A DNA stretch of 64,000 nucleotides, from NCBI GenBank assembly GCA_040757555.1, contig JBFLWN010000006.1, forward strand, positions 5,748-69,747, read 5' to 3'. The DNA comes from Patescibacteria group bacterium (lineage in GTDB: Bacteria > Patescibacteriota > Minisyncoccia > UBA6257 > GWB1-50-10). Below are positions 62,489 through 64,000 of this stretch, piece after piece (position 1 is the first letter of the stretch; every line of letters starts with the position of its first letter). Position numbers and translations under genes: made by a program. The notes under the pieces are model-generated. The model ran no database searches. It was not told the DNA's origin and saw only the letters and a list, made by a program, of their open reading frames with translations.

Positions 62489-63160
62489 TTATTGTATAAA
62501 AAGATTTATTTTTTCTTTCGCAGACTCGAGTCCATTTTTTACATTTTGAACAAACGCCTCAATCACCATATTTTTTTGATCCGGTGTTTTTGGGGAACCA
62601 ATATTTAGTGTAAGAAGGGTGTCGCGCGTCTCGTTTTGTTTTTCCCCATTAATTCGCCACAAAGAAGTGATTTCAGATGGAGAAGAGATATTGAAAAAAA
62701 ACGGAACAACCAAAAAAGTAACCCTTTCTCCCGAGGCAACAAGCCCTCTCGGATATTTATTTTCAATTGTTATTATTGGGTTAAAAACAGGAACAGAAAC
62801 AAGATTTTCATATTTATTTGTTTTTGTTTGGACAACAACACGCACAGAATGAGAACTCCTTCCGATTTTTGTTATAGGAAACGAGAACTCTTTTAATCCA
62901 ACACCCTTATTAGAAAACACACCATCGAGGAACCATGATATCTCAGCTTGAGAAATGTTTTGTATTTTTTTATTTATAAGAAGTTCCACAGAGACTGCGA
63001 TTATATTACCATTGGTTGGGAGTGGCTTTGCTTCAAAGTCTGCCGAAGTATAGTTGTCCGCGTGCCACGTGACGAGGAGGTTGTTTTCTGTTTGTCCAAA
63101 AACATTCGAGAAAACAAAAAAGAAGGAGAGGAATAAAACAAATAAAACTTTTACACTCAT
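62489..63160 (-). CDS. hypothetical secreted protein (signal peptide, beta-rich)
   Basis: Signal peptide MSVKVLFVLFLSFFFVFSNVFGQTE. 223 aa. 2-nt gap to the downstream gene, same operon. Confidence 0.35.
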   Translation of the reverse strand: MSVKVLFVLFLSFFFVFSNVFGQTENNLLVTWHADNYTSADFEAKPLPTNGNIIAVSVELLINKKIQNISQAEISWFLDGVFSNKGVGLKEFSFPITKIGRSSHSVRVVVQTKTNKYENLVSVPVFNPIITIENKYPRGLVASGERVTFLVVPFFFNISSPSEITSLWRINGEKQNETRDTLLTLNIGSPKTPDQKNMVIEAFVQNVKNGLESAKEKINLFIQ

Positions 63161-63182
63161 ATTTTCTATTATACAACAAAAA

Positions 63183-63614
63183 CTACTTTTTTATCGCTGA
63201 GCCAATTTTTCCACTCGCGACAGAGGCAATTTTTTGTGCTTTTGGGTTGTTTTCTATAAAAACAATAAGAAACCAAGCCGAAATTGCAAAAGGAAACATA
63301 CCTAGAATTGGAAATGAATTCATCATGTTTCCCCCAAGGCTTGATACCCACGTCCACACCCCACGAGCACCCTTCATAAAAATATAGAGTTGAAAAAACG
63401 CACCAACAGTAAGACTTATTGCACTTCCAATAAAAGAGGACACTTGCCCAAGAATGGGTATGGGGAACATAAGGTTTGCAAAAAAATCGATTAATTCTAC
63501 AAAAAAAAGAATGAGGGTTACTAGGATAAACTCTCCTGTTCCAAACATCTTTTTTCTTTCCCCGGTGTTTATCTCGGGTGTCTTTTTTTCTCCCCCTTTT
63601 ATTTCTTTTGGCAT
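63183..63614 (-). CDS. small polytopic membrane protein (3 TM), possible VirB3/VirB6-like accessory of the adjacent VirB4-like ATPase
   Basis: 143 aa with hydrophobic segments FILVTLILFFVELIDFFANLMFPIPIL, SSFIGSAISLTVGAFFQLYIF and FPILGMFPFAISAWFLIVFI. Starts 4 nt after the upstream ATPase-like gene. Confidence 0.35.
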   Translation of the reverse strand: MPKEIKGGEKKTPEINTGERKKMFGTGEFILVTLILFFVELIDFFANLMFPIPILGQVSSFIGSAISLTVGAFFQLYIFMKGARGVWTWVSSLGGNMMNSFPILGMFPFAISAWFLIVFIENNPKAQKIASVASGKIGSAIKK

Positions 63615-63617
63615 ATA

Positions 63618-64000
63618 TTACGACAACAATCCTTTTGTTTGTAGCACTTGTTCGGGGTTTGTAGTGATTATTTGGTCTTCAGTGTATGACGCAATGATTT
63701 TTATTGCTACATGTTTTAGTCCCGCAAAAAAGAGTCCTTCTCCTACCCCCGCCTCAAGAAGAAGTGATTGTTCGCCACTGGTTAAATCAAATGCTTGTGT
63801 TACCGCATCAATACTTGATGGAGACTGTTTTAAGAGTAGTTGTATTGAGGAATTAGTGACGATTGGTTTTCCATATTCTGATTTTAGGAAGTCCTCAACA
63901 TCTTGGGTTATGGTAGTAACCCCCAAATAATATTTCCTGGCGCGTTTTACCAACCCAAACAAAAATGACGCACTGTCTTTATATTTCATCATCCACCACG
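63618..64000 (-). CDS. C-terminal fragment of a VirB4/TrbE/TraC-like conjugative-type ATPase (gene continues beyond window end)
   Basis: C-terminal block ...YYLGVTTITQDVEDFL...PIVTNSSIQLLLKQSPSSIDAVTQAFDLTSGEQSLLLEAGVGEGLFF matches the VirB4 C-terminal pattern (ATQS...I.EN..TKIFLPN......LS..E..L) from memory. The ORF is open at the window edge, so 5' partial. Confidence 0.45.
   Translation of the reverse strand, partial: WWMMKYKDSASFLFGLVKRARKYYLGVTTITQDVEDFLKSEYGKPIVTNSSIQLLLKQSPSSIDAVTQAFDLTSGEQSLLLEAGVGEGLFFAGLKHVAIKIIASYTEDQIITTNPEQVLQTKGLLS

Noticed and set aside
1-64000. Alternative genetic code (UGA recoding, code 25) as seen in some CPR lineages
   Set aside because: All long housekeeping genes are intact under standard stops, with conserved C-termini ending at TGA/TAA/TAG as expected. 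No evidence of in-frame UGA read-through was seen.

Overview
This low-GC, tightly packed window looks like a Candidate Phyla Radiation (Patescibacteria/Parcubacteria-like) bacterial chromosome; that placement rests on gene content only. Translation, replication and RNA-metabolism genes dominate: cca, recG, hup, rny (RNase Y), gpmI (cofactor-independent PGM), secG, rnj (RNase J), trpS, a eukaryote-like (type 2) ileS, argS, smpB with an adjacent tmRNA, infC-rpmI-rplT, murB, ruvA, rpsT, holA, pilB/gspE, ruvB, tsaE, polA, ruvC, a class A PBP, dnaN, dnaA, and rpmH-rnpA-yidC-jag. I find six tRNAs (Arg-TCG, Lys-CTT, Pro-TGG, Gly-TCC, Leu-CAG, Arg-CCG) by hand-folding. The likely replication origin sits in the dnaN-dnaA spacer, which carries a perfect TTATCCACA DnaA box and an (ATT)7 tract. 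Standard code (11) reads cleanly, and I see no CRISPR array or obvious transposase. Five observations stand out. First, the IleRS gene carries a ~180-aa histidine-phosphatase (PGAM-like, RHG...HDG) domain cleanly inserted between its zinc-knuckle and the DLHRP/KMSKS region. Second, a co-directional minus-strand operon at the window end (60039 to beyond 64000) encodes a VirB4-like ATPase C-terminus, small membrane proteins, secreted proteins, and a TrbC/VirB2-like two-helix pilin module fused to a Cys-rich repeat ectodomain; this is a candidate T4SS-like or novel surface apparatus next to oriC. Third, a two-AAA+ Clp ATPase has an N-terminal transmembrane extension. Fourth, a ~170-bp element with 26-bp terminal inverted repeats lies in the long divergent spacer before ruvB. 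Fifth, the tmRNA has an unusual tag (ANFNAVPALAYA) and a 6-nt T-loop. All calls come from reading the sequence and ORF translations against remembered family motifs; no searches were run.
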